A stretch of DNA of 62,696 bases, filler included, from Squatina squatina (lineage: Eukaryota): NCBI GenBank assembly GCA_031763465.1. It is 4 parts of 4 records of this genome, joined end to end, with 100 filler letters (N's around TTAATTAATTAA, not from the genome) between each part and the next. Parts side by side here need not be neighbours in the genome. Positions count along the whole stretch, not along the records: positions 50,676 to 62,696 come from JARFOE010000149.1; 3 more parts are not named here. One strand, written 5' to 3'. The first letter of the stretch is position 1. Every line of letters begins with the position of its first letter. Of the stretch, positions 50,676-61,472 are shown piece after piece. The notes beneath the pieces are model-generated. The model was not told the DNA's origin, made no database searches, and was given only the letters and a program-made list of their open reading frames with translations. A program made the translations under genes and the position numbers.

Positions 50676-50910
50676 TCTTGCACCATCTCTTAATGTCCCT
50701 TAATCTTTTCTGCCTTCCACCCTATCACAAACCTTTTGTTCTTTCTCCCCCTCCCAGCTTTTCCTGCCCTGGCACTTGCTTAAAAACCTGCTACAATTCT
50801 AACTTTTTCCAGTTCTGACAAAGTGTCATCGAGCTGAAACGTTAACTCTGTTTCTCTCTCCACAGGTGCTGCCTGACCTGCTGAGTATTTCCAGCATTCT
50901 CTGTTTTTAA
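50676..50910 (+). mobile_element. Penelope-like element 3' end (pseudo-LTR) with degenerate hammerhead motif
   Basis: 50677-50750 matches 62298-62375 downstream of the GIY-YIG ORF; CTGACAA..GAAACGTT at 50815-50843. Confidence 0.7.
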
Positions 50911-51483
50911 ATCAGAGTATGTGTTAGTTTGGTCATTTTTTGTTGCTCCGAACTAAAAACTATAATAAAATTATGCAGGGAGGACTATTCAAAAGTGGAC
51001 ATTAAGAAGAAGCAATTTAAATTTGTTTGAACTTAAAGTTATAAATAACAACTGTGGTGAATGCAGAGTTGGTGAGTCCATGAAGTTTATTTACAATACA
51101 GTTCTGTAATTGCAGACCTTTGCAAATCCTGAACCTAAGCACCAAAATTACAGGTTATGAGCATTACAAATCAGGATCAGACACCATCTGCTAAACATGG
51201 CATCAAATCACCAACATGCACATTAAAACAATTATAAGCTGAAACTTAATATTTACCTGCAACTTTTGTTCGGATTTGCATATTCTCTTGNNNNNNNNNN
51301 NNNNNNNNNNNNNNNNNNNNNNNNNNNNNNNNNNNNNNNNNNNNNNNNNNNNNNNNNNNNNNNNNNNNNNNNNNNNNNNNNNNNNNNNNNGGTTAGTTGG
51401 AAGGGTTCGGAAGGGTCAAACTGAGGGAGACACACCATTCGGAAGCTGAGTTCACGCTGAGTCCAACGCCGTAAATGTTTGCT

Positions 51484-52668
51484 TAAAAAATCCATGAACG
51501 CCTTCTTTTAAAAATTCACATTTTATCGAAAATCACATTCTTTTCATTTAGCCAGGACTATCGCTTAAACCATGGCATAAATGCTGACAAATGACATGTT
51601 CACCGATTCGCCATGTTCTGTACTAAAATCTCTCACAGAAAGCAAAACCATGAGATAGTTTGTTTGGCTTCAGGGCTGCATGAAAGCTAAGCGCTCCCGG
51701 TTTCGGCACTACGGCGCCCTCACGCCCCGTCCCACTCGTAGAATCACCCTTCGCGACACGCGAGCTGCGCTCTGCGCGCCGCTGACCCGTCCTACGGGGC
51801 GAGTTTTCGGCCAGCCACGGCTAAACGGTGCATCGCATGTTGAAAAGTTAGCTCTGGCTACTAGACTTGCTATCTATGAAGATGGTGACAAAGTTCCAGC
51901 CACCTGCAGTCGCTATAAATAACACTTTAGGACAACTGAATACACCTATTTGCCATATGTAGCCTCTGACCGGGACTCGTGTGACGCGTCTGCGCCGGTT
52001 CAGCTCGGGTAACTTCCAGGCTGTACACAGTGTGACGTCAGAGGCGGCCGCGCCGGCCGCCGGCCGGTCAAGGTCAGATCGGGCTCACGCCACTCGCGCC
52101 TCAGGCGGCTACAATGTGAACGTAGGTACAGTCTCGAAAAGCAATGGGTCGGTGATGTCACTGTTGCTTTGTGGATCCCGGTCAGAGGCTACGTATGACA
52201 AATATGGTGCACTCAATGGTCCAAAAGTACCACTTATAGCGATCGGAGGTGGCTGGAACTTTGTCACGATGTTCACGGATAGCAAGGCTAGCAATCAGAG
52301 CCATATTTTTTAACATGCGATGCACCGTTTAGCCGTGGATGGCCGAAAGCCCGCCCCGTAAACCGGGTCGGCGGCGCGCAGTGCGCAGGTCGCGTGTCGC
52401 GAAGGACGATTCTACAAGTGAGACGCAGGCGGGAGGGCGCCGTAGTGCCGAAACCGGGAGCGCTCGGCTTCCATGCAGCCGTGCAACCAAACAAACTATC
52501 TCACGGTTTTGCATTCTGTGAGAGATTGTAGCGCAGAGCATGACGAATCGGTGAACATGACATTTGTCAGCATTTACGCCATAATTTACGTGACAGACCT
52601 GGCAAACTGAAAAGAATGATACTTTTGACAAAATGTTAATTTTTAAAAAAGGCCGTCGATGGATTTTT
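51484..52668. repeat. long imperfect inverted repeat / foldback element (arms ~51484-51977 and ~52173-52668)
   Basis: e.g. GCGCTCCCGGTTTCGGCACTACGGCGCCCTC from 51691 is the exact reverse complement of GAGGGCGCCGTAGTGCCGAAACCGGGAGCGC at ~52433-52463; alignment continues along both arms. Confidence 0.95.
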
Positions 52669-52989
52669 AAAAAATTTGCATTATAAAAGATTTACAGTTT
52701 CATAGATTTTTCCATTTCTACTCAGTATTATAAATCTTTAACCATGGGACTCTACAAGGAGTATTTGTTTAAAAAAGCTACATCATACCAAAAAATCTTC
52801 TGACTGGTAACTCATGAGCCACGTGCAGCTCCTGCTCCAAGCCCAGACAATGCAGCTTCTGAAACTTAATTTGTGCATTCCCTGATTTGGCCATTAATTT
52901 TACAGGCGTGGAGATTTTGCCTCGGTGATGGATATACCCTAGCTCAGAATACCAAGATCTGTTTGTATTAGCAACTTGATATACATGTA

Positions 52990-53675
52990 AATAAATGGAA
53001 ATTAATCTAAGAGGCCAGAGTTGGAGGGGTGAGATAAACAGTTTTAGCAAGGTTGCAAACAGTCTGGTTCAGCCAGATATAATGGCCAAGGAGGGAGATG
53101 GAATCCCTGGCAAAGAATCAGTTCGTGGTGGGGGTCAAAGACAATGGCTTTGGTCTACCCCATGTTTTCGGGAAGAAACTGGAGTTCACCCAGGACTGGA
53201 TGTCGGACAGGCAGTATGACAAGAGCCAGTGGAGGGGTTGGGAGGGTGTGGCGAAGTAGAGCTAGGTGCCTTCAGCATACATTTGGAACCGGACGTCACA
53301 TTGTCAGAGGGGCAGCATATAGGCAAGAAATGGAGCACTTCAGAGATAATGGTGCAGAGGCAAGAGAGAAGCCATTGCAGAAGATTGTATGGGTACAACT
53401 GGATAAGAGTCGAACCAGGTGAGGGCAGTCCCATTCAACTGGACGATGCAGGAGAGGTGTTGGATAAAGATGGTGCAGTCAACCGCAGCAAAGGCTGAAG
53501 ACACGTCGAGAAGGATGAGGGGGGAATAGTTTAACGCGGTCACTTGCGTCTTTGATAAGAGTTGTTTCAGTACTGTCGCATGGCAGAAACCTGATTGGAG
53601 AGATTCAAACATGAAGTTGCGGGAAAGACGGGCGCAGATCTGGGAGGCGACAACACATTCAAGGACTTGGAGAGG
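52990..53675 (-). mobile_element. L2-type LINE RT fragment
   Basis: VLECVVASQI..FESLQSGF..LILLDVSSAFAAVD...L....LNGTALTWFDSY. Confidence 0.8.
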
Positions 53676-53679
53676 AAAG

Positions 53680-54475
53680 GAAACAGAAACATAGAAAATA
53701 GGAGCAGGAGTAGGCCATTTGGCCCTTTGGACCTGCTCTGTCATTCAATACGATCATGGCTGATCCTCCAACTCAGTACCATGTTCCCACTTTCTCCCCA
53801 TATCCCTTAATGCCTTGAGTATCAAGAAATATATCTATCTCCTTCTTAAATAAGTTNNNNNNNNNNNNNNNNNNNNNNNNNNNNNNNNNNNNNNNNNNNN
53901 NNNNNNNNNNNNNNNNNNNNNNNNNNNNNNNNNNNNNNNNNNNNNNNNNNNNNNNNAAAGAGGCTGCAAAGGGATATAGATAGGTTAAATGAATGGGCAC
54001 AATATTCGCACATGGAGTATAATTTGGAAAAAATTCAGTATATCTACTTCTGTAGGAAAACTCTCAAAGCAGAATATTACTTAAATGGAGAGAAGCTACA
54101 GAATGTTGTGGTACAGAGTGATCTGGGTGTCCTCGTACTGGAAACACAAACAGTTGGTATGCAGATACAGCATTTACTTAGGAAGGCAAATGGAATGTTG
54201 GCCGTTATTGAGTGTAAAAGTAGGGAAGTCTTGCTACAACTGCACAGGGCGGTGGTGAGACCACGGCTGTGTGCAATTTCGGTCTCATTTTTCAGGAGCA
54301 ATATATTTGCATTGGAGGCAGTTCAGTAAAGATTCACCAGGTTGATTCCTGAGATGAAGTGTTTGTCTCATGAGGAAAGGCTGAGTAGGTTTGGCCTTTG
54401 CTCACTCGTGTTTAGAAGTTTGAGAGGTGATCTTATGGAATCATATAAGAGTCAGAGGGGGCTCGACAGGGAGGA
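53680..54475. mobile_element. CR1 tail (minus, 53680-53856) and CR1 ORF2 3' fragment (plus, 53957-54475)
   Basis: AACATAGAAAATAGGAGCAGGAGTAGGCCATT tail; YYLNGEKL..DLGVLV..KANGML..LEAVQ..LRGDL. Confidence 0.8.
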
Positions 54476-55322
54476 TGGGAGGAATCCACTTAAGGCGGAA
54501 TTGAGGAGCACCTTCTGTCCCCAAACTTAATCTGCTTATTAGCTGTTCAATGTGAGGACTCAGGTTCCATTGGGCCACAATTCTTTGGTAGTGGATGAGA
54601 ATTTATTTACTTATAGGCGGGAGTGGAGGCACTTTGAATCATAAACCCGTCACAGTGCTGTAAAGAATAATGTGCCCAAGGATGAGCTGAACCCCTGTCC
54701 TGGAGTTTATGCAATTCTTTCAGACAGTTTTCTTGCTTGCCATTTCAAGAACAATAAAATTTCAGCAGGAAAACGTCAGTGCCAGCGGAGCATAACAGAT
54801 AATGTGTTTCACTATATTATCAGAATATTGCAGTTTCAAGTGGGGTGTGGCGGTGGGTTTGCATATTGAGTTCCAATGTAGATCGGATCTGTTTACCACC
54901 CGACCATTTCTAAAAATCCCTGACATCATATAACGGAAATATCCAAATTCCTTTTGCTCACAGAAGCTGACTGGACATTTTTTAACATTGCGGATCTGGG
55001 TGCACGGCAGGATTTGTGGAAAAGATACTTTCGTTCACATTCTTTCTCTCTGTATGTCATCTTTCTTATCTCCATCATTTCACTCTCGCAGAACGAACTG
55101 AAGGGAGGAGGGAGAAAGTTCTATCTCCGAATTGCAATCTCTGTTCCACATTCATTCAAGAAGGAGAAGAATTCGAATTGTCCATTTTAACTTTAACACG
55201 GTATGAACAGTGCCGGAGGAGAGACAAGTGGTTTTGTTGAGATTGGGGTCCAAAGACAATTTTTGTAAGATTTAGACAAATTCTGGGAAGGTTGTTCAGC
55301 ATCAAACGTTTAGCACAATATA

Positions 55323-55361
55323 TGAGCACAATGGGTTAGCAGTCCATGGCCTTAACCTCTC
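55323..55361 (-). pseudogene. tRNA-Ser(GCT) fragment (D arm to variable arm)
   Basis: Minus CGAGAGGTTAAGGCCATGGACTGCTAACCCATTGTGCTC vs canonical CGAGTGGTTAAGGCGATGGACTGCTAATCCATTGTGCTC. Confidence 0.7.
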
Positions 55362-55669
55362 GATACCGGCTCCGACAACTGAGCCATTGCATTTGCTTTT
55401 TTTTGCATCCGAACAGAAATACAAGAAAGTCCCCTTCTCCGTTGGTCCTGCCTGTGCACACACATTGTCAATTTTGAAAATGTACAATCAGCTTCGGTAA
55501 TCAAAAGGCCTTGTATTACCTCAGAAGAGTGCCTAATCGCAAGATCAGCTTTTAAACAGACCAGGCAACCTGCCCATGCCGGATTGATTCCAGGCCAATA
55601 TACAATCCTGTTTATTTAGACCACATTTAGTGTAATGTTTGCAATTCTGATCACGAGATTCTAAACAGG

Positions 55670-56140
55670 TTATAGAGGCACTGGAGACGTTTCAGATAGG
55701 ATTAGGAAGATGATCCCAGATATGTGAGTGGGCATAAATCAGGGAAGGATGAACACATTGGGTCTCATTTCTTTTGAAAAGACAAGGCTGGGGGTGACCG
55801 AATCGAGGTTTTTAAAATTATGAATCTTTTAGGGAAAGTCGATCTAGAGAGAGTGTTTCCATCTGTGAGGAAGAGTATAACTAGGGGCCACCAATTGAAG
55901 AAAGTCACCAAGAAATCAAGCATGGAATACAGAAGAGTGGTGAGAATGTGGAACTCGCGACCACAGGGAGTGGTTCAATCGAATAGTATAGATTCATTTA
56001 AGAGGAGGCGAGACAAACATATGCGGCTGAAGGGAATAGAAGATTATGCTGATAGTGTTTGATGAGGAAAGTCATGAGGAGGCTCGAGTGGAACATAAAC
56101 ACACGCCATGATTGGTCCGAATGGCCTGTTTCTGTGCCGT
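55670..56140 (+). mobile_element. CR1 LINE 3' end
   Basis: GDRIEVFKIM..TRGHQLK..RVVRMWNS.P and tail CCGAATGGCCTGTTTCTGTGC. Confidence 0.8.
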
Positions 56141-56340
56141 ATATCCGATTTAATGCTGTTAGTTTGGCAGCACGAAACCAATTCAGAAGCCAACATCACA
56201 CATCTTTTCAGTGCGAGAGAAAGCAGCACCGACTAATTTCCACGGCAGAGGGTGTTATAAGAAGTTGTGGAGATTGATGCTGAATGTAAATTCATCCCAA
56301 TTCAGGTGAGATCCTGGGTGCAGAAATCAAAATGTAAAGA

Positions 56341-56380
56341 TCCTACTTTAGCCGGAATCGAACACGAGTGTAAGACATCC
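56341..56380 (-). pseudogene. tRNA 3'-half remnant (Tyr-like)
   Basis: Minus ..GTGTTCGATTCCGGCTAAAGTAGGA resembles tRNA-Tyr GGTTCGATTCCGGCTCGAAGGA. Confidence 0.4.
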
Positions 56381-56599
56381 AATAAAACACAGCACTGAAT
56401 ACACCTGGAGGCATTCCTCTTAACTCGGGTGATTTTCATATTGCTCCTCTCAAGTTCTGGGATTTCAGACATTACGGGGAAAATGGCGCAAATGCACACG
56501 TTTTTAATTTAAAATATTTATACCTTCTACAATGTCGATCATTGTGAGAAGCATATTTTAGTCTAAAAGTACGAGGTGCTATTCCGGGATTCATCAGTT

Positions 56600-57620
56600 G
56601 TTGGAAAAGAGAGGAAGGGAGGGACCCAATAATTACAGGCCAGTCAGCCTGACCTCGGTGGTGGGAAAATTATTGGAAAAAAATCCCAAGGGACCGAATA
56701 ACACTTCATTTAGAAAGACATGGATTAATCAAGGACAGTCAGCATGCATTTGTTACAAAAGAATTCTGTCTGTCTAACTGGATTGAATTATTTGAGGAGG
56801 GAACAAGTAAGGTCGATGATGGTAGTGCGTTAGGTGCCGTCTGTATGGATTTTAGCAATGCTTTTGATAAGGTCCCATATGTCAGACTGGTCAAGAAAGT
56901 AACATCCCATTAGATCCAAGGCAAAGTGGCAAATTGAATCCAAATTTTGCTCAGAGACCGAAGGAAAGTGTAATGCTCGATGGATGTTTTAGTGATTGTA
57001 AGGCTGTTTCCGGTGGTATTACACTGGGTTAATTACTAGGTTCCTTGCTCTTTGTGGTCTATCTCAATGATTTAGACTTCAATGTAGAGGATATGATTGG
57101 GAAGTTTGCAGATGGTACAAACATTGGCCGTATGTTTGATAATGAAAATTAAATCTGTAGAGTGCAGGAAGATACCACTGGACTGGCCTGGTCGGCAGAA
57201 CAGAGGCAACTTGAATTCAGTCTGGAGAAGTGTGAGGTAATACATTTGGGGAGGGCTAACAAGGAAAGCGAATAGACAATAAATGGCAGAACACTGGGAA
57301 GTGTAGACGAGCAGAAGGACCTTGCAGTGTATGTCCAGAGAACACTGAAGGCAGCAAGAAAGATAGTTAATGTGGTTAAGAAGACATTTATTACCGAGGC
57401 TTGGAATATAAGAACAGGGAGGTTTTACTTGAACTGTATAAACCTCTCGTTGGGCCATAGCTAGATTACTGTGTGTAGTTCTGGTGACCACATTACAGGA
57501 AAGATGTGATTGCACTAGAGAGGGTCCAGAGGAGATTTATGAGGATATTGCCTGGACTGAAGAATTTTACCTGCGAGGAAACATTGGATAGGCGGAGTTG
57601 TTTTCGTTGGAAAAGAGCAT
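56600..57620 (+). mobile_element. CR1 LINE RT fragment, degenerate
   Basis: NYRPVSLTSVVGKLLE, SQHAF, MDFSNAFDKVP, KFADG (from FADD) and LERVQRRF motifs. Confidence 0.88.
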
Positions 57621-57746
57621 ATATGAGTCATTTGAGACTTGACAGGAGCTAAGTGAAGGATGCTTGAGAGTGTAAGTTGAATTTGGACAAGGAACTTTCA
57701 GGCGATTGACAAAACAATCAACAATATCAAGTACTTAATACAGTAA

Positions 57747-57828
57747 CGACGAGGGTGGGATTCAAACCCATGTGTGCAGAGAACAATAGATTCGCAGTCC
57801 ATCGCCTTAACCGGTCGGCCACCTCGTC
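57747..57828 (-). tRNA. tRNA-Ser(GCT)-derived gene/pseudogene with anticodon changed to GCG
   Basis: Minus: GACGAGGTGGCCGACCGGTTAAGGCGATGGACTGCGAATCTATTGTTCTCTGCACACATGGGTTTGAATCCCACCCTCGTCG (82 nt); acceptor stem intact, long variable arm, T-loop TTTGAAT instead of TTCGAAT. Confidence 0.85.
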
Positions 57829-57975
57829 TCACGTGCAGCTACAGCTCAGTTATTTCATTCTTGCTTTTTGTAACCAAACAGAACTATTCTGCAAGAAAGT
57901 CCCCTTCACCGCTTGTTCTGCCCGTGCACACAGACCAACAATATTGAAACTGTGCAATCAGCTTCTGAAATCAGC

Positions 57976-58049
57976 GGACCTTCCGTTCCTTCAAACACAG
58001 GATCTTCCTATTTAATGACAGGTGCATTAACCAGCTAAGTCACAGAACC
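57976..58049 (-). pseudogene. tRNA-Thr(AGT)-derived pseudogene
   Basis: Minus GGTTCTGTGACTTAGCTGGTTAATGCACCTGTCATTAAATAGGAAGATCCTGTGTTTGAAG vs canonical GGCTCCGTGGCTTAGCTGGTTAAAGCGCCTGTCTAGTAAACAGGAGATCCTGGGTTCGAAT. Confidence 0.7.
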
Positions 58050-58801
58050 AAATTACACCAGTTATGCATCTCTGGCACACATTGATATCGATCAGCTACC
58101 TGTCACCGCCATTTGGAGTCCAAGCCGCTTTGTATTTGTCCCTTCCGCCATGTGTTTCGATGATGTCTGCATCTTCCACTGCATTTATCTCAGTGTCAAT
58201 CTGTGAGTTAATTCTGAATGAATGTCTGTGTTTGTTTCTTACATGAAATAACTGAGAGCATCAGACAATTATTTCTCTGACACTGTGGTAGTAATGAGCC
58301 AACAATGAAAACAAGATAGTTTTTATTGTGAGGCAGCAAATACCATATTCAATCTTGAAAGACTCAGGTTCAGTTTTCTGCAAAAAGACACTGTGACCCC
58401 AAACTGTTTCCAATACGCCACCTTTTACTTTCATGTCAGAAACACTGCCATTGGACCGCAAGGTGATTCATAACCAATAAACACAGAAGTGAGGCGGTAA
58501 AACGGTATTTGTAGCAAGGGTGGTGAGACTGTGGAATACACTTGGACAGAGCAGCAGATTTAAAACAAGGTTTAAAAACCGGTACCGTGAGGGAGGACGG
58601 GGAGAGAGAGGCCAGTGAGCTGCAGGAAAGGCACAAATCAGCTTCGGTCATTTCTCCATAACCACAGCATAGTTGCGCATGGCACGGATATTATTGCTGT
58701 TAAATATGCATCAAATGCACCGTATCTTTGAGCTGTTTCTGGTTCTGCCCTGTTACAGTCACAGGAACATAGAAGCAGGAGGCGGCCATTCAGCCCCACG
58801 A

Positions 58802-59162
58802 ACCTGCTCCGCCATTCAATGAGATCTTGGCTGATCTGTACTTTAACTCCATCTACCTGCTCCACCATTCAATGAGATCAAGATTGATCTGTACTTTAAC
58901 TCCATCTACCTGCTCCGCCATTCAATCAGATCAATGCTGATCTGTACTTTAACTCCATCAACTGCTCCACCATTCAATGTGATCAATGCTGATCTGTACT
59001 TTAATTCCATCTACCTGCTCCACTATTATATTTGATCAATGCTGATCTGTACTTTAACTCCATCTACCTGCTCCACCATTCAATATGATCAATGCTGATC
59101 TGTACTTTAACTCCATCTACCTGCTCCACCATTCAATATGATCAATGCTGATCTGTACTTTA
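58802..59162. repeat. 53-bp minisatellite x ~7 derived from a minus-strand CR1 3' tail
   Basis: Unit ACCTGCTCCACCATTCAATATGATCAATGCTGATCTGTACTTTAACTCCATCT, directly continuing the CR1 tail at 58760-58801. Confidence 0.92.
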
Positions 59163-59262
59163 NNNNNNNNNNNNNNNNNNNNNNNNNNNNNNNNNNNNNN
59201 NNNNNNNNNNNNNNNNNNNNNNNNNNNNNNNNNNNNNNNNNNNNNNNNNNNNNNNNNNNNNN

Positions 59263-59779
59263 TCTTCAACTGCTTCATCAATGATCTTCCCGCCATCATA
59301 AAGGTCAGAAATGGGGATGTTCGTTGATGATGGAACAGTGTTCAGTTCCATTCGCAACTCCCCAGATAATGAAGCAGTTCACACCCGCACAGCAAGATTT
59401 GGACGACATTCAGGCTTGGGCTGATTAGTGGCAAGTAACATTCGCGCCACACAAGTGCCAGACAATGACTATCTCTAACAAGCAAGAGTCTAACCACTGC
59501 CCTTTGATATTCAACGGCATTACTATCGCTGAAGCCCCACTGTCAACATCCTGGAGGTCATCATTTACCATAAACTTAACTGTACCAGTCACATAAATAC
59601 TGTGGCCACAAGAGCAGGTCTGAGGCTGGGAATTCTGTGGCGAGCGTCTCGCCTCCTGACTCCCCAAAGCCTTTCCATCATCTACAAGGCACAAATCAGG
59701 AGTATGATGGAATACACCCACTTGCCTGGATGCAGCTCCAACAACACTCAAGAAGCTCAACTTCCAGGACAAAGCAACC
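59263..59779 (+). mobile_element. CR1-group LINE RT fragment (different subfamily)
   Basis: FNCFINDLP...GMFVDD..W...WQVTFAPHKC and LSIIYKAQIRSMMEY motifs. Confidence 0.8.
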
Positions 59780-59879
59780 NNNNNNNNNNNNNNNNNNNNN
59801 NNNNNNNNNNNNNNNNNNNNNNNNNNNNNNNNNNNNNNNNNNNNNNNNNNNNNNNNNNNNNNNNNNNNNNNNNNNNNNN

Positions 59880-60241
59880 TGTTGGTGCGGCAGTTGTTGT
59901 TGGTGCGGCAGTTGTTGTTGGTGCTCCAGTTGTTGTTGGTGCTCCAGTTGTTGTAGGTGCGGCAGTTGTTGTAGGTGCGGCAGTTGTTGGTGCGGCAGTT
60001 GTAGCCGCGACAGTTGTTGTTGGTGCTCCAGTTGTTGTAAATGCGGCAGTTGTTGTTGGTGCGGCAGTTTTTATTGGTGCTGCAGTTGTTGTAGGTGCGG
60101 CAGTTGTTGTTGGTGCGGCAGTTGTTGATGCTCCAGTTGTTGTAGGCATTCCAGTTGTTGTTGTTGCTCCAGTTGTTGTTGGTGCTCCAGTTGTTGTTGG
60201 CGCTCCAGTTGATGTTTGCCCTCCTCCCATCTTGAGAAGAC
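59880..60241 (-). CDS. putative Thr/Ala/Pro-rich (mucin-like) repeat exon, 18-bp units encoding PTTT(A/G)A; truncated by gap
   Basis: Acceptor ctctttatccag|GT at 60243-60242, then LLKMGGGQTSTGAPTTTGAPTTT..AAPTTTAAPT; CCA/CCT variants are synonymous in this frame. Confidence 0.5.
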
Positions 60242-60359
60242 CTGGATAAAGAGGCGGTGATAAATAAACCTGGTAATTGTACTGTTGGATTCAAACATCT
60301 GAAACAGTAAGGCACAATGTCAGCTGCTCTGTGTAGGTCTCTCCTACAGGCAGAAACAG

Positions 60360-60860
60360 GTGCCTTGGAGGCAGAGCAATCCAGGATTACTAGATTGATC
60401 CCTGGGATGAGAGTGTTGTCTTATGATGAGAGATTGAGTAGATTGGGCCTATACTCTCTGGTGTTTAGAAAAATGAGAGGTGATCTCATTAAAACATGTA
60501 AGATTCTGAGGGGCATTGACAGGATAGAGGCTAAGAAGTTGTTCCCCCTGGCTGGAGAGCCAGGAACTAGGGGGCATAATCTCAAGATAAGACTGAGATG
60601 AGGAGGAATTTCTTTAATGAGAGAGTTGTGAATCTTTGGAATTCTCTACCCCAATAGATCTGTGGACGCTGTGTCGTTGAGGATACTCAAGGCTGAGATC
60701 AATAGATTTTTGGACTCTAGGGGAATCAAGGGATATGGGGATTGGGCGGGAAAGTGGAGTTGAGGTCGAAGATCAGCCATGATCTTATTAAATGGTGGAG
60801 CAGGCTCGAGAGGCTGAATGGCCGACTCCTGCTCCTATTTCCTCTGCTCTTAAGTTTTTA
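60360..60860 (+). mobile_element. CR1 LINE 3' end
   Basis: RLIPGMRVLSYDERLSRLGLYSL.FRKMRGDLIKT.KIL.G.D..TRGHNLKIR plus tail. Confidence 0.9.
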
Positions 60861-61472
60861 TGTAAATGTGGATAAAGATCACAGCATTTTGCTGCAAATA
60901 GCGAAGAAAGAAAATAAATAAATTGTATTTAGATAGCGCCTTAGTGTAGTCACTGCTGTAGTTGTCCCTCTTTGTGGTCTGTTACTGCTTCCCCTCCCTA
61001 GCCACAAATCCAGATCATGAATAATATCTTGGGATCTCACGATAGGACAAAGAGCAAATCATTGCCATTAACTCCAATTTGAATAATACTGCAATGTTTT
61101 CGCTTTGGTTCAGGAGCAAGATTACCTATAGAGCTGTGGAGACTGTGTCATACTACAGAGCTTTGGATCAGGGTGGCTTTACGATAGGCACACAGCACAA
61201 AAAACTTGTTCTGTTGGACTGCGCACACTGGTCCAAGTAGATACCTCCCAGTTCTAATCACAGTCCCTCTCCCACACTGCTAGATGGAATATAAGAAAAA
61301 CTTTGTCATCTCAGAGGCAATTCCTGACTCACCTCTAGCCCTCAGTTCGATCTCTCCATCAAAGCCTTTCTTTGTGGGTGGCGTTTCCATGCCTTTATTT
61401 TGTCAATGCTGCTACACCCGTGCTTCTCTTCTCAAGTTCTTCATGGGCAGCATCCTACACATGCTTCCCATA

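Noticed and set aside
51680-52494. Two similar convergent ORFs (..LRDTR..PRLNGASHV..) suggesting a duplicated gene
   Set aside because: Similarity simply follows from the inverted repeat; the N-termini are out of frame with each other and no domain is recognisable
59425-60315. 296-aa Asn/Cys-rich ORF and the Val-rich, Cys-rich and Gln-rich frames over the 18-bp repeat
   Set aside because: Alternative frames of a stop-poor repeat, some fused through a gap to LINE sequence; the substitution pattern favours the Thr-rich frame
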